This document shows, piece by piece, positions 53,275 through 64,000 of a DNA stretch of 64,000 nt. The DNA is from an uncultured Chloroflexia bacterium. GTDB lineage: Bacteria > Chloroflexota > Chloroflexia > Thermomicrobiales > UBA6265. The notes beneath the pieces are model-generated. The model saw nothing but the letters and a program-made list of their open reading frames with translations, searched no databases and was not told where the DNA came from. A program made the translations under genes and the position numbers. The stretch covers positions 249,133 through 313,132 of the forward strand of contig CAVRUC010000009.1 of the NCBI GenBank assembly GCA_963724295.1, in the 5' to 3' direction. How positions within the stretch are numbered: the first letter of the stretch is position 1; each line of letters begins with the position of its first letter.

Positions 53275-54351
53275 CGGCGAGACTTCATGGTGTCTAGTAC
53301 TTCGGAGTTGGCGACGAATCGAAGTGGCTCTCGCCGCAGAAATCGCCCCACCTCTGCCGCTGCCATGGTCGCCGCCCGCTCCGCCGTCTCCCGGCTGGCT
53401 CCCGCGAGATGCGGCGAGAGCACGAGGTTCGGTGTCGAGAAGAGGCGCGACCCGGGCGGCGGCGGTTCCGGATCGTAGACGTCGAGGGCAGCGGCCCGCA
53501 GCTTGCCGGAGTCGAGGGCATCGCACAGGGCATCTTGGTCAAGGAGGCCACCACGCGCGGCGTTGACGATGACGGCGCCGTCCGGGAGGCGGGCGATCTC
53601 GTCACGGCCGATCAGGTGGCGCGTTTCAGGGGTGAGCCGGGCGTGCAAGCTGAGCACCTCGGCCCGCGGCAGCAGGTCGGCGAAGGCGACGGCCGTGGCG
53701 CCGACGGCCTCGACTTCTACTGAGATCGACGTACGGATCGGCAACGAGCACGTGCGCACCAAACGCCCGCAGCACGCTGGCCACGCGGCGGCCAACCGCA
53801 CCGAAACCGACAAGTCCAGCGGTCTTTCCTTCGAGCTCCGTCCCAGCCTCACGGTACGCATAGAAATCACCGCGCCAGACACCACTGATGAGATCGCCGT
53901 GCCCTTCGGCCAGTCGACGCATCGCGGCCAGCAACAGTCCGACCGTGTACTCGGCGGTCGCGGCGGCGTTGCGCGCCGGGGTGTAGCAGACTGGGATACC
54001 GCGCGCCGTCGCGGCTCCGAGGTTGACATTAATCGGGCCACCGCGACAAACCACGATCAGCCGTAGGGCGTGCGCCGCCGCGATGACTCGCGCGGTGAAG
54101 GGAGCCATCTCGGTAACGGCGATCTCAATGCCGGGCACCGCGGCCAGCATAAGCTCCTCGGTTCCCGCCGCCTCTTGCACCTCGGCGACCGGTCCAAACG
54201 GCTCTGTCGGCCAGTTGAGCTCCATCTCCGCTATCGCCAGGCGATCGCCGACCTCGGCTCGAAGCGCGTCGAGCAGGAGTCGATTCAGGACGAACTGGTC
54301 GCCGGCGACAAGGGTCGGGACTGAGCGGGCGGTGTCGAGGCCAGGGACCAT
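53268..54351 (-). CDS. D-isomer-specific 2-hydroxyacid dehydrogenase (SerA-like fold), frameshifted near 53720
   Basis: RGGPINV, NAAATAE, GFGAVG, VNAARG, ALDVY..EP, SPHLAG. Confidence 0.9.
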
Positions 54352-55465
54352 GTCAGGCGATCTCCGGTTTCGGTGTCAAAGATATGCGTCCGTGCCGGGT
54401 TGAAGGAGAGCCCAAGGAGATCACCCGGTGTCGCCCAGAAGTCGTGGTGCGTCTCGACGACGACCCGGGTTTCTACGGCCGGCAATGTCAGGGTCAAACG
54501 CCCGACTTCCTGTAACGGCTCAAAGGCGAAGACAGTCGCCGGCAGCGCGTTGTCTTCATCGGGCTGACCGAGGCGCAGATCCTGCGGCCGGATGCCTACG
54601 GTGACGTTACGTTCGCCCTCGACGGCATCCAGCGGCGAGCGTCGGCAGCGCCAGCCGCGCTTCGTCGGAGAGGTGAACCAGCCATCGGCCGTCGCCAGCT
54701 GGGGAGCAGAACGCCTTCCAGCAGGTTCATGCGCGGCTCGCCCACAAAATCGGCGACGAAGAGGTTAGCGGGGGCGTCGTAGACCTCATTGGGCGTGCCA
54801 ATTTGCTTGAAGATACCGCCATCCATCACTGCGATCCGGTCAGCCAGGGAGAGCGCTTCGTGCTGGTCGTGGGTGACAAGGACCGTGGTGTAACCGGTCT
54901 CGCGTTGCAGATGCTTCAGCTCACGACGGGTCTGCTCCCGCTCGGACGCGTCGAGATGCGACAGTGGCTCATCGAGGAGTAGAACAGACGGCTTGCGCAC
55001 GATCGCCCTGGCCAGGCTCACTCGCTGTTTCTGTCCGCTGGAGAGGCCGCCCGGCTTGCGGTCGAGCAACGAAGAGATGCCAAGCCGCTGCGCAACCTCG
55101 CGCGCACGCTGCCGCGGGTTCGCCTCCTTGCGCGCCCGCATGCCGAAGGCGATATTCTCCTCCACCGTCAGCGGCGGAAAGAGCGCGTAATTCTCGAAGG
55201 CGACGGCGACGTTCCGCTCGTGGGGTGGGAGCGCCACTATCGAGCGCCCCGCGATTCGAATATCGCCGGAGGTCGGCTCCTCCAGGCCCGCGATCATGCG
55301 CAAGGTCGTCGATTTGCCGCAGCCTGATGGACCAAGCAGCCCGAGCAGTTCACCATCCGCCACCGCCAGTTCGATCCCGACCACGGCATGGACCGGGGGC
55401 TTGCCTCGCTGCTGGAAAACCTTACTCAGCCGATCCAGGATCAGACCGCCGCCATCGCGTGACAT
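54285..55465 (-). CDS. Sugar/polyol ABC ATP-binding protein, frameshifted
   Basis: GPSGCGKS, LSSGQKQR, LLDEPLSHLD, TOBE-like tail in another frame; end approximate. Confidence 0.88.
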
Positions 55466-55472
55466 TCCTCGC

Positions 55473-56622
55473 TCAGGCATAACCCACGGCCTCTGGCTGG
55501 ATCGCGCCCTCCATGCGGTTAACGAGCGGATGGTCGTCATGTGCGATACGGCGGCCTGTGGCGCCGTCGAACAGGAGCACGCGCCCGGGAGCCACCGAGA
55601 TCGTCACTTGATCGCCCGGCAGCGGCGCCTTCGTGAGGCGTGACGATGGCGACGCGATGCTCTCCTATGTCCACGGTCACCTCCCGTTGTCGGCCGAGCG
55701 GCTCGACAACGAAGACCCGGCCTCGGATCGGCAGCATGCCCGGCACTTCACCCAGAATGAGATCGCGAGGCCGGAGGCCGAGATCGACCGGCGTCAAGGG
55801 TGGCAGCTGCGGGGCTCGAAAGGGCAGGGTGACCGCGCCGTCCTGACTGCGAAAAAGAGAGCCCTCAGGGGCGGAGACGATCTCGCCGGGGATGACATTG
55901 ATTTGTGGCTGTCCGAAGGCACGGGCGACGAAGATGTCGGCAGGACGATGCCAGAGGTCCTCCCGGGTGCCGACTTGCACCAGCTTGCCCTCGCGCAGCA
56001 CCGCGATCCGATCGCCGAGGGCAAGGGCTTCCAGGTAATCATGGGTCACGTAGAGGCTGGTGGTCCGCTGCACGTCGCCGAGCGATTTGAGCTCGGCCCG
56101 CATCGTGGCTCGCAGCTTCGCATCGAGGTGCGACAGCGGCTCGTCGAGAAGGAGGATGTCGGCCGGGCGGACAAGCACCCGCGCCAGCGCCACACGTTGC
56201 CGCTGCCCGCCCGAGAGCTCACGCGGCATCCGCTCCAGGAGATGGCCGATGCCGAGGGTGGTCGTCACCCGTTCGATCACGCTCCTGGCTTCTGCCGGGG
56301 GTCGGTAATAGCGCTTGGAGCGCAACGGGAAGGCGATGTTGTCGTAGACGCTGTACTGGGGATAGAGCGCGTAGTTCTCGAACGCCATTGCCACGTGCCG
56401 GGTATTCGGCTCGGCGTCAGTCACATCGCGGCCGCCGATCTCCACCCGACCGGCGGTCAGCGTCTCCAACCCCGCAACGCATTTCAAGGTCGTTGTCTTG
56501 CCGGCGCCGGAGGGTCCAAGAAGGACGAAAAACTCGCCGTCGCCGACTTCGAGGTCGAGACCGTCGAGGGCGACCAATTTTCCGTATTCCTTACGGACGG
56601 AGCGCAACGCGAGGGTCGCCAT
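55473..56622 (-). CDS. Sugar/polyol ABC ATP-binding protein, frameshift near C-terminus
   Basis: GPSGAGKT, LSGGQRQR, LLDEPLSHLD. Confidence 0.9.
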
Positions 56623-56644
56623 CCTCAGCCACCAGCCACCGAAA

Positions 56645-57580
56645 CTACCCCTTCACCGCCCCGAAGGTCAGACCACGAACCAGGAATCGTTGGATCGAGA
56701 GCGCGAGCAGCAAGGGCGGGATGAGGGCAATCAGGGCTGCGGCCGCCGTCAGGTTGTAGCGAGGTGTGGCGCCCCCCAGAAAGGAGAGTGACCCAACCGT
56801 CACCGTCTGCGCGTTGCTCCCTGTCAGAGCAAACGGGAAGATAAAGGAGTTCCAGGCAAAGATGAAGGCCAGCAGACCCGCTGCTGCCAGTCCCGGCCGG
56901 ATCAGCGGCACGGCCACCTTGAGGAAGGCTTGCGGCCGGTTGTAGCCATCCAGGAGCGCCGATTGCTCGAGCTCCGGGGTCAGATCCTGGAAGTACGAAC
57001 GCAGGATCCACACGATGAGTGGCAGCGTGATCAGTTGATAGACCCAGATCAAGCCGAGGTGGGTGTCGAAAAGCCCCAACCGGCGGTAGATGACCAGCAG
57101 CGGGATGATCACCATCAGCTCGGGAGCGAAGCGGAAGGAGAGCAGTGTGAATAGCAGGCTCTCGCCCCCGCGGAAGTTCCAGCGAGCGAAGGCATAGGCG
57201 GCAGGCACACCGACTACCAGCGAAACCAGCACTGCCCCGAGGGACACGACCAGGCTATTTATGAAGAAGCGGAGATAGGTCGCTCCTGCTTGACCACCGG
57301 TCCCGCTGAAAATCTCGATGTATGCGGCGAGAGTCGGCTCGAACTGGAAGTAGGTCGTGAAGAGCTTATCCTGCGGCTTGAGCGACAGAATAATCATCCA
57401 GACGACTGGGAAGAGCGCGAAGACGAAATAGAGGACGGTCAGCGCCGAGATGGCGAGATCCCGCCACCGTATGCCGCGACCGCGCGTTGGGATCGGTTCA
57501 CTCACTGGGGTCGTCAAGGCGTCGTCGCCTGCGGTCGCTTGCGTCTCCTGTTGAACCGCAGCAGTTCCTTCTCGTGCCAA
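56645..57580 (-). CDS. Carbohydrate ABC permease
   Basis: LEQSALLDG, FIFAWN, LVRGLTFGAVKG. Confidence 0.92.
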   Translation of the reverse strand: MAREGTAAVQQETQATAGDDALTTPVSEPIPTRGRGIRWRDLAISALTVLYFVFALFPVVWMIILSLKPQDKLFTTYFQFEPTLAAYIEIFSGTGGQAGATYLRFFINSLVVSLGAVLVSLVVGVPAAYAFARWNFRGGESLLFTLLSFRFAPELMVIIPLLVIYRRLGLFDTHLGLIWVYQLITLPLIVWILRSYFQDLTPELEQSALLDGYNRPQAFLKVAVPLIRPGLAAAGLLAFIFAWNSFIFPFALTGSNAQTVTVGSLSFLGGATPRYNLTAAAALIALIPPLLLALSIQRFLVRGLTFGAVKG

Positions 57581-57583
57581 GGG

Positions 57584-58514
57584 TCAAACTCCGGCTGCGC
57601 GAGCCTGAGCGCGGCTCAGGACGACGATGAGACCTCGCGTCACCATATAGACCACGACCCACAGAATGAGCATATACGTCGACCCCTAATGAATAGCGGG
57701 AGAAGGTGATTGCCTCCTCGAAGGCCCGCACTTGGAGCGCCATGGTTGCGTCGCCGGGGCCGCCTTGCGTGAGCACCTGGATGATGTCGAAGATCTTGAG
57801 CGAATCCATGAAGCGAAAGATGACGGCCACCAGAATATACGGCCATAACATCGGCAAAGTGAGGTTACGGAACGTGTACCAGAAACTCGCGCCTTCGACA
57901 GCTGCCGCCTCGAACGGCGCTCGTGGCAAGGAGCGCAGCCCAGCCAGCACCAGTAATGCGACAAATGGCGTATAGGTCCAGACGTCGACGAGGATGATCG
58001 AGAAGAGCGCCCAGGCAGGGGAGCCGGTCCACTCAGGCCGGATACCAATTGGCGAGAGCAGGTAGTTGAGAACGCCAACGGTCGGCAACATCATCAGTCG
58101 CCAGATGATTGCCGCAATCACTGGCGCGATCATGAGCGGCACAATCAGTAACCGCTCCAGCAGGCGACTTACCGTAGACGAGCGCGCCAACAGCAGTGCC
58201 ACGCCGATCCCAAGCACGGTCTCGACCGCGGTCGCCACCACGGCGAACTGCGCGGTGAGGAATACCGTCTGGAAGAACTCCGGATCGGAGAAGATGTCCT
58301 GGAAATTTTCTAAACCGACCCAGCGCGTGCTATCCGGCCGGTTAGCCCGATAGTTCTGAAACGCGTACATCGCGCCGAGCACAAACGGGTAGAGAATCCC
58401 GATCGTCAGCGCGATCGCCGGCAGGACAAGCAGATAGGGGCGCGCTCCCCGCCGCCAAGCGGGAAGCGTCTCGGCGCGTGAGTCTCGTGCTATCGACGCC
58501 GAAACGCTGCTCAT
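57584..58514 (-). CDS. Carbohydrate ABC permease, frameshift near C-terminus
   Basis: VGLENF, DVWTYTPF, EAAAVEGA, LTQGGPG. Confidence 0.9.
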
Positions 58515-58580
58515 CGGGCGATTCTCATGAGAGTCGCTACAGCCCCGGATTCATGCCACGGCCGGCCACGCGACAGTTTA

Positions 58581-58697
58581 CCCTCACCGCCCAACCCCCT
58601 CTCTCGTCAGTCGGGAGAGGGGGCGTTCGCTTGCGCGGGAGTGCTTGCAAACGGCTCCCTTCTCCCCTCGCGTGGGGAGAAGGGCTGGGGATGAGGG
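58581..58697. repeat. Inverted doublet of CCCTCACC...CCCTCTC...GGGAGAGGG REP-like palindromes
   Basis: Two hairpin units in opposite orientation, same family as 22452-22492. Confidence 0.75.
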
Positions 58698-58702
58698 ACG
58701 AA

Positions 58703-60149
58703 TTACTCGACGGTCGACTGGATCTCCTCGACGAGGGCGTCGAGCGTCTCCTTGGCGTCGGCGCCGCCATAGATGTCCTGTAGCGCCTCGGCCCAGAGGG
58801 TCGTCGCCTCGAAGAAGGCCGGCTGCGGCGTAAACAGGATGTTGCAGTCTATCGATCACCGTGTTGAACGTCTCGAGGAAGTTGATCTGCGTCGACATCT
58901 TGTCGATGAACTCCGGATCCTCGACGATCGAGGCGCGAACCGGGTCGATCTGCTGGTACGGATCGAGCGCCGCCGGTCCGCAAGTGATCCTTGCCGGTCG
59001 CCCACTGCAGGAAGAGCCAGGCGGCGCTCTTGTTCGGAGACGCGGCGCTCATACCGAGTGACCAGATCCACTGGTTGGTCAGCAGCGAGCCATCAGGTCC
59101 TGTCGGTCCCGGATGCCAGGCGATCTTGCCTTCGACGGCGGTTCCGGTGTTGTTGAAGTAGCCGAGGATGTCGGCGTCGTAGATCATCGCCGCCTTGCCG
59201 GCGCCAAGATCGGTTCCGACGTCGTACCAGTAGTAGTTGGTCCAGTTCGGCGGGCCGGCGTCCCGGAGCATTGCCGCCCACTTGTCGGTGAAGGTAACGG
59301 CGACGTCGGTAGTTCATCACCGGCACCAGGACGTCGCCTTGCAGCTCGAAGTCCTTGCCGCCCTCGCGGGAGTACTGCGTCATGAATCCCGGGTGGATCG
59401 TCGCCCATTGCCGCGCGCCGCGAGCGCCGATGCCGTAGGTATCGGGGAACCCTGCTGCCGGCGCCTCCTCCCTGATCGTGCGCGCCAGCTCGACCAGCTC
59501 ATCGAAGGTCTCGGCTGGCTTCACTCCCAGCGCGTCGAAGATCTCCGTGTTGTACATCACCGTGTTGGTCTCGAACCCCCACGGCAGGGCGTACTGTCCC
59601 CCAGTACCGAGAGGATCGCCAACCTTGAGACTCCATTGATCTGACGATCGCAGGTTCGGGTAGATGTCTTCCCAGTCATAGTCGGGATTGGTGGCGGATT
59701 CGTTCTCGATCCAGGGCAGGAAATCTTCGAGGTAGCCCGGCGGGCCGTACTGCCAGACGAAGTAGGCACCGAGCATGAAGACATCGTAGGAGGGTTGACC
59801 CGACTGCGAGATCGACCGTCAGCTTCTCGAAGTAGTTGGACTCCGGGAACTCGTCGTACTGAACGGTGATCCCGGTCAGCTCCGTGAACTTCTCGAGTTC
59901 CCCCTTCAGCGCGTCGGTATACGGGTGGGTGTTGACCAGCGCCCGGATCGTCGTGCCGTCGTGGCGCTTCCAATCGAAGGGCCCGGTGACATCGGCGGCG
60001 CCGGTATCCTGGGCGCCAACGCGAGCCGGCGCCATCGGCATGGTGGTCAACCCATAGGCGGCAGCCGCGCCAAGCCCCAGCTGCATCGCCCGCCGGCGAG
60101 ACAGACGGGAACTGGCGTCGAGCGCGAGCGGTCGACTTCGACGAACCAT
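58703..60149 (-). CDS. Sugar/polyol ABC substrate-binding protein with Tat signal, frameshifted
   Basis: LSRRRAM, FDWKR..G.TI, HPY, YALPWGFE, WIWSLGM in successive frames; SD GAGGAG. Confidence 0.87.
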
Positions 60150-60487
60150 GTCGGAACTCCTCTCGATCCGTGGCCCTGACCACCATGGTCAAATGGCCTT
60201 CCAGCGAACAGGGAACCCGATGTTTCACGCCCGCCCCGCACGCCGGGGCGCCGATAACAGTTCATCGTGTGATGTTTTCACTCTAGCATGCGAAATAGGT
60301 GAGGGCAAGAGCCACGCGGTTGGGATTTGGTCGCGGGTCCTGACTCCGAAATAGGACCCGCGTCGGTTAAATCGCCGTTCCCGCGCTGTGCTGGCGTAAT
60401 GTCCAGTACTATGATGAAATAACATATTCCGGTGTTACATTGATACCGACACGTTGGCTCCGATCGGCCGGTGGCGAGGCGAATCCG

Positions 60488-61306
60488 ATGACGACATCGT
60501 CGGAACCGCGGGAACGAGGCGAGGCGACAGTGCTGCCATCGCTCGCGCCTTCGGAGCGTCGCGACCGGATCGCCGAGATCGTCCTGGCCAACGAGTCCGT
60601 CTCCGCCCGCGACCTGGCGTCGCGCTTTGAAGTAAGCGTGATGACCGTCCACCGGGACTTGGATGAGCTCGAGCGACAGGGCGTATTGCGCAAGATCCGC
60701 GGCGGTGCAACTCCCCAGCCCTCGAGTCTCTTCGAGAGTAATGTCCGCTACCGGCTGGCGACCGCCAAAGCGGAAAAAGAGACGCTCGCGCACTATGCCC
60801 TGGCGATGATCGAGCCAGGCCAGGCGCTCCTGCTCGACGATGCGACGACGACTCTGGCCCTCGCCCGGCTCTTGCCGAGCATTGCCCCCCTAACCGTGAT
60901 TACGAACTACCTGGCGACCATTCAGTTGCTCCATAAGGCGCCTGGCATTCGCCTGATCGTGCTCGGTGGCGAGTACTTTCCAAGTCATGACTCGTTCCTG
61001 GGCATAGTCTGTGAAGATGCGATCGCCTCACTGCGGGCGGACATCTTCTTCATGTCCACGTCGGCGGTCTGCAATGGGATCGCCTACCACCAGGAGCAGG
61101 AGATCGTCGCGGTCAAACGGGCCATGTTGCGGGCAGCGGCCAGAAGCATATTGCTCATCGACCATTCCAAACTCGGCAAGACGGCGTTGCATCAACTCGC
61201 ACCTCTCTCTGCGTTCGATCTCGTCGTCGTCGACGATGGCGTCGATGAGGGAGGGCTCCGCGCGTTGGAAGAAGCCAAGACCCCCTTCGCGGTCGCGCCG
61301 CGTTGA
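60488..61306 (+). CDS. DeoR/GlpR family transcriptional regulator
   Basis: FEVSVMTVHRDL HTH, RGGA, LLDDATT, DHSK. Confidence 0.94.
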   Translation: MTTSSEPRERGEATVLPSLAPSERRDRIAEIVLANESVSARDLASRFEVSVMTVHRDLDELERQGVLRKIRGGATPQPSSLFESNVRYRLATAKAEKETLAHYALAMIEPGQALLLDDATTTLALARLLPSIAPLTVITNYLATIQLLHKAPGIRLIVLGGEYFPSHDSFLGIVCEDAIASLRADIFFMSTSAVCNGIAYHQEQEIVAVKRAMLRAAARSILLIDHSKLGKTALHQLAPLSAFDLVVVDDGVDEGGLRALEEAKTPFAVAPR

Positions 61307-61335
61307 CGCCCGGGACGCAGAGGGAGGACGAATCG

Positions 61336-62079
61336 ATGGCGGCGGATCGCGGAGATCACTTTGACGGAGTTGTCTTTGACCTTGATGGCGTCCTCGTGGA
61401 GTCAGAGCACCTTTGGGAGGAGAACTGGACTCAACACGCGGCCGCCAACGATTACACCTGGCTCGCGACCGACACGGCGACCGTGCAAGGGATGAGCGTC
61501 CCCGAGTGGTCCGGCTACATGGCGGAGCGGTTCGGTCGCGGGCGACCAGAAGAGATTGCGGAGGCGGTTATCGACGGCATGATCGGAGCGCTCCATGGCG
61601 GCCGCGTCGACTTGCTTCCCGGTGCGCCCGAGATGGTTGCCGTGGCTGCTGATCGAGTTCCCATCGCGGTCGCCTCATCGGCGCCGCGGCGGTTGATCGC
61701 GGCGGTGTTGGAGGCAACGGGTCTCGCCCCGCATTTCTCCGCGTTCGTCTCCAGCGAGGAAGTTCCCCGCGGCAAACCGTCGCCCGACGTCTACCTGGCA
61801 GCGGCTCGGCAGATTGGTGTGCCTCCCGCATCGTGTGCCGCGGTGGAGGACTCCAGCAACGGCATCCGCGCCGCCGCTGCCGCCGGAATGACGGTCATTG
61901 CCATTCCCAACTCCGTCTATCCGCCAAGGCCGGACGCCCTGGCGCTTTGTGCGAAGATCGCCCCATCGCCAGAGGAGGTGCGCCGCTTTCTCATCGAGCG
62001 GCTACCCGGACCGAAGTCCATTGCGGAACCGACGCCGGGCGGGACCGGGTCCGCGGCAGTGAGGAGCGGCGGACGATGA
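61336..62079 (+). CDS. HAD family phosphatase
   Basis: FDLDGVLVESE, ASS, GKPSPDVY, EDSSNG. Confidence 0.93.
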   Translation: MAADRGDHFDGVVFDLDGVLVESEHLWEENWTQHAAANDYTWLATDTATVQGMSVPEWSGYMAERFGRGRPEEIAEAVIDGMIGALHGGRVDLLPGAPEMVAVAADRVPIAVASSAPRRLIAAVLEATGLAPHFSAFVSSEEVPRGKPSPDVYLAAARQIGVPPASCAAVEDSSNGIRAAAAAGMTVIAIPNSVYPPRPDALALCAKIAPSPEEVRRFLIERLPGPKSIAEPTPGGTGSAAVRSGGR

Positions 62080-63808
62080 AGCGGATGCTCAACGAAGCGT
62101 CGGCGTTTCGGGAGGAGATGATCGCCGGGTACGCCAGCGCCTACGGGCGGTACCTGCAGCGCGTCCCTGGCGCATCCGGGGTGATGGCCAACGGCACGCC
62201 CGCCCCTGGGCACGTCTCGGTCGTCGTCGGCGGCGGCTCGGGGCACTATCCGGCGTTCTACGGTCTGGTCGGACAAGGTCTTGCCTCCGCCGCCGCCATC
62301 GGCGACATCTTCACGTCGCCTCCTGGCGAGCAGTGCTACCGCGTGGCGAAGGCGGTCGATGGCGGTGCCGGCATCCTCTTCACCTTCGGCAACTACAGCG
62401 GCGACGTCATGAACTTTGGCATGGCCGAAGAGCGGCTGCGCGCCGAAGGCGTCGATGCGCGCACGGTGCTGGTCACCGATGACGTGCTGTCAGCCGGCCG
62501 GGAGGAGGCCGACCGCCGGCGCGGCATCGCGGGCGGGTTTTTCGTCTTCAAGAGCGCCGGGGCGTCCGCCGCCCGGGGCGATACGCTCGACGACGTCGAA
62601 GCGCTCACTCGCCACACCAATGCGCGCGTGCGCACGGCGGGAATCGCCTTCGCCGGTTGCACCGTGCCGGGTCAGGACCAGCCGCTCTTCAGCGTCGCGC
62701 CCGGTCAGATGGAGATCGGTCTCGGCATCCACGGCGAGCCAGGGGTGCGCGTGGCTGAGCAGATGCCCTCGCGACAGATCGCCGCGATGCTCGTCGAAAC
62801 GCTGCTCGCCGAGACGCCCCAGGACGCCGGGAGCAACGTTGCCGTGCTCGTCAACGGCCTCGGCGGCACCAAGTACGAGGAGATGTTCGTCTTCTACAAC
62901 GATGTTGCCGCGTTGCTCGATCGCGCCGGTTTGTCCCCGTACTACCCCTTGATCGGCGAGTTCGTCACTTCGCTCGACATGACCGGGATGTCGCTCTCGC
63001 TCCTTTGGCTCGACGATGACCTCAAGACACTCCTCGACGCGACGGCGTCTTCGCCGGCGTTCACGAGCATCGGTCCCGATGTCGCACAAGCAACAGCTTT
63101 CCGCCCGGCCAACTCCGGCATGAGAGACAGAATCCTCCGAGACCGACGCTACGTCCGAGGAGGACGGCATTCCTGGCGGGGAGTTCGGCGAGCGCGCCCG
63201 CTCTGCGCTGCGGCAGGCATTGGTGACGATCGAAGAGATGGAAAGCGAGTTGGGGCGGCTCGACGCCGCCGCCGGCGATGGCGACCACGGCGCGGGTATG
63301 GTGCGCGGACTGCGCGCCGCGGTCGAAGCCATCGAAGGCTTCGAGGGGACCGCCCGGGAGACATTCAGGCGGGGTGGTATTGCCTTCCAAAATGCGGCCG
63401 GCGGCGCCTCCGGCGCGCTCGTCGGGGCCTGGCTGATCGCCATCGGTACGGCGCTGCCCGATCGAGACGAGGCGGTCGATGCCGCCGCTGTGGCGCTGGC
63501 GCTTGATCAGGCGCTGTCCACCTTGCAGCGACTCGGTCAGGCTCAACCGGGAGACAAGACGATGGTTGACACGCTCGCGCCATTCTGTGCCGCGCTGAAT
63601 GACGCAGCCGCGCGTGGATTGGGAATCACTGATGCATGGGCCGCAGCACTACCAGCGGGCGCGGCAGGGATGCTCTCGACGATCGACATGGTCAGCCGCC
63701 GTGGCCGCGCCTCGCGCCTCGGCGAGCGCTCGCGGGGCGTCCAGGATGCCGGCGCGACGTCGATCTACTATGTCCTGCACGCCTTCGGGGACCGGGTTCA
63801 AGGAGTAG
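62076..63808 (+). CDS. Fused DhaK-DhaL family kinase (erythrulose kinase-like), frameshift in the linker
   Basis: GGGSGHYP, NYSGD, RRGIAG, GLGIHGEPG, TSLDM; then GDGDHG, GGASG, GDKTMVD, GRASRLG, DAGA. Confidence 0.9.
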
Positions 63809-63973
63809 CGACGGACACGAAAAATACACTTGGGCTGAGTGTCACTCCCAAGCTGCAAGCGAAGCACCTCGTTCAATGGCTCCGTAACTGCACGTCAATG
63901 GATGACATTCTCCGCGTCAACCACTCGCAGGATTTCACGACTCGTCGTATCGACATAAACAGGAGAATGATTC

Positions 63974-64000
63974 ATGGCCAACGAGCGATACGTGGTAGCA
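63974..64000 (+). CDS. Start of a truncated CDS (MANERYVVA...), possibly an FGGY/glycerol kinase
   Basis: SD AGGAGA 7 nt upstream; only 9 codons visible. Confidence 0.35.

Overview
GC-rich bacterial chromosomal window, gene-dense, with no rRNA, tRNA, CRISPR array, transposase, integrase or phage gene that I can see. Gene content and style suggest a soil Chloroflexota (Thermomicrobiales-like) or actinobacteria-like organism (inference only). Many genes carry single-base frameshifts, clustered at about 30.4-33.7 kb and 46-63 kb, most simply explained as long-read indel errors. Left to right: triple-LysM protein; bactofilin-like membrane protein; small detox genes; an ECF sigma / VOC / PNPOx / DUF1801 / UvrA2 module with paired ECF41-type promoters; Stf0 sulfotransferase; a divergent sugar-redox cluster that includes a tandem ferritin-like diiron protein and a GH42-like TIM-barrel protein; tctCBA; TetR with twin operators; aac(6')-like GNAT, Uma2, nuoABCD, trkAH and M1 peptidase in one run; phosphatase, dps, amidohydrolase; rsgA with a candidate leader-peptide attenuator; Mn catalase; ltrA; Fe3+ ABC genes with an IscR/Rrf2-like box; two sugar ABC operons; and a probable tetritol/polyol catabolic locus. 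The best novelty candidates are the diiron + glycosidase-like sugar cluster (11.9-19.6 kb), the rsgA attenuator, and a family of 7-8 nt intergenic repeat arrays. All product calls come from motif recognition, not database searches.
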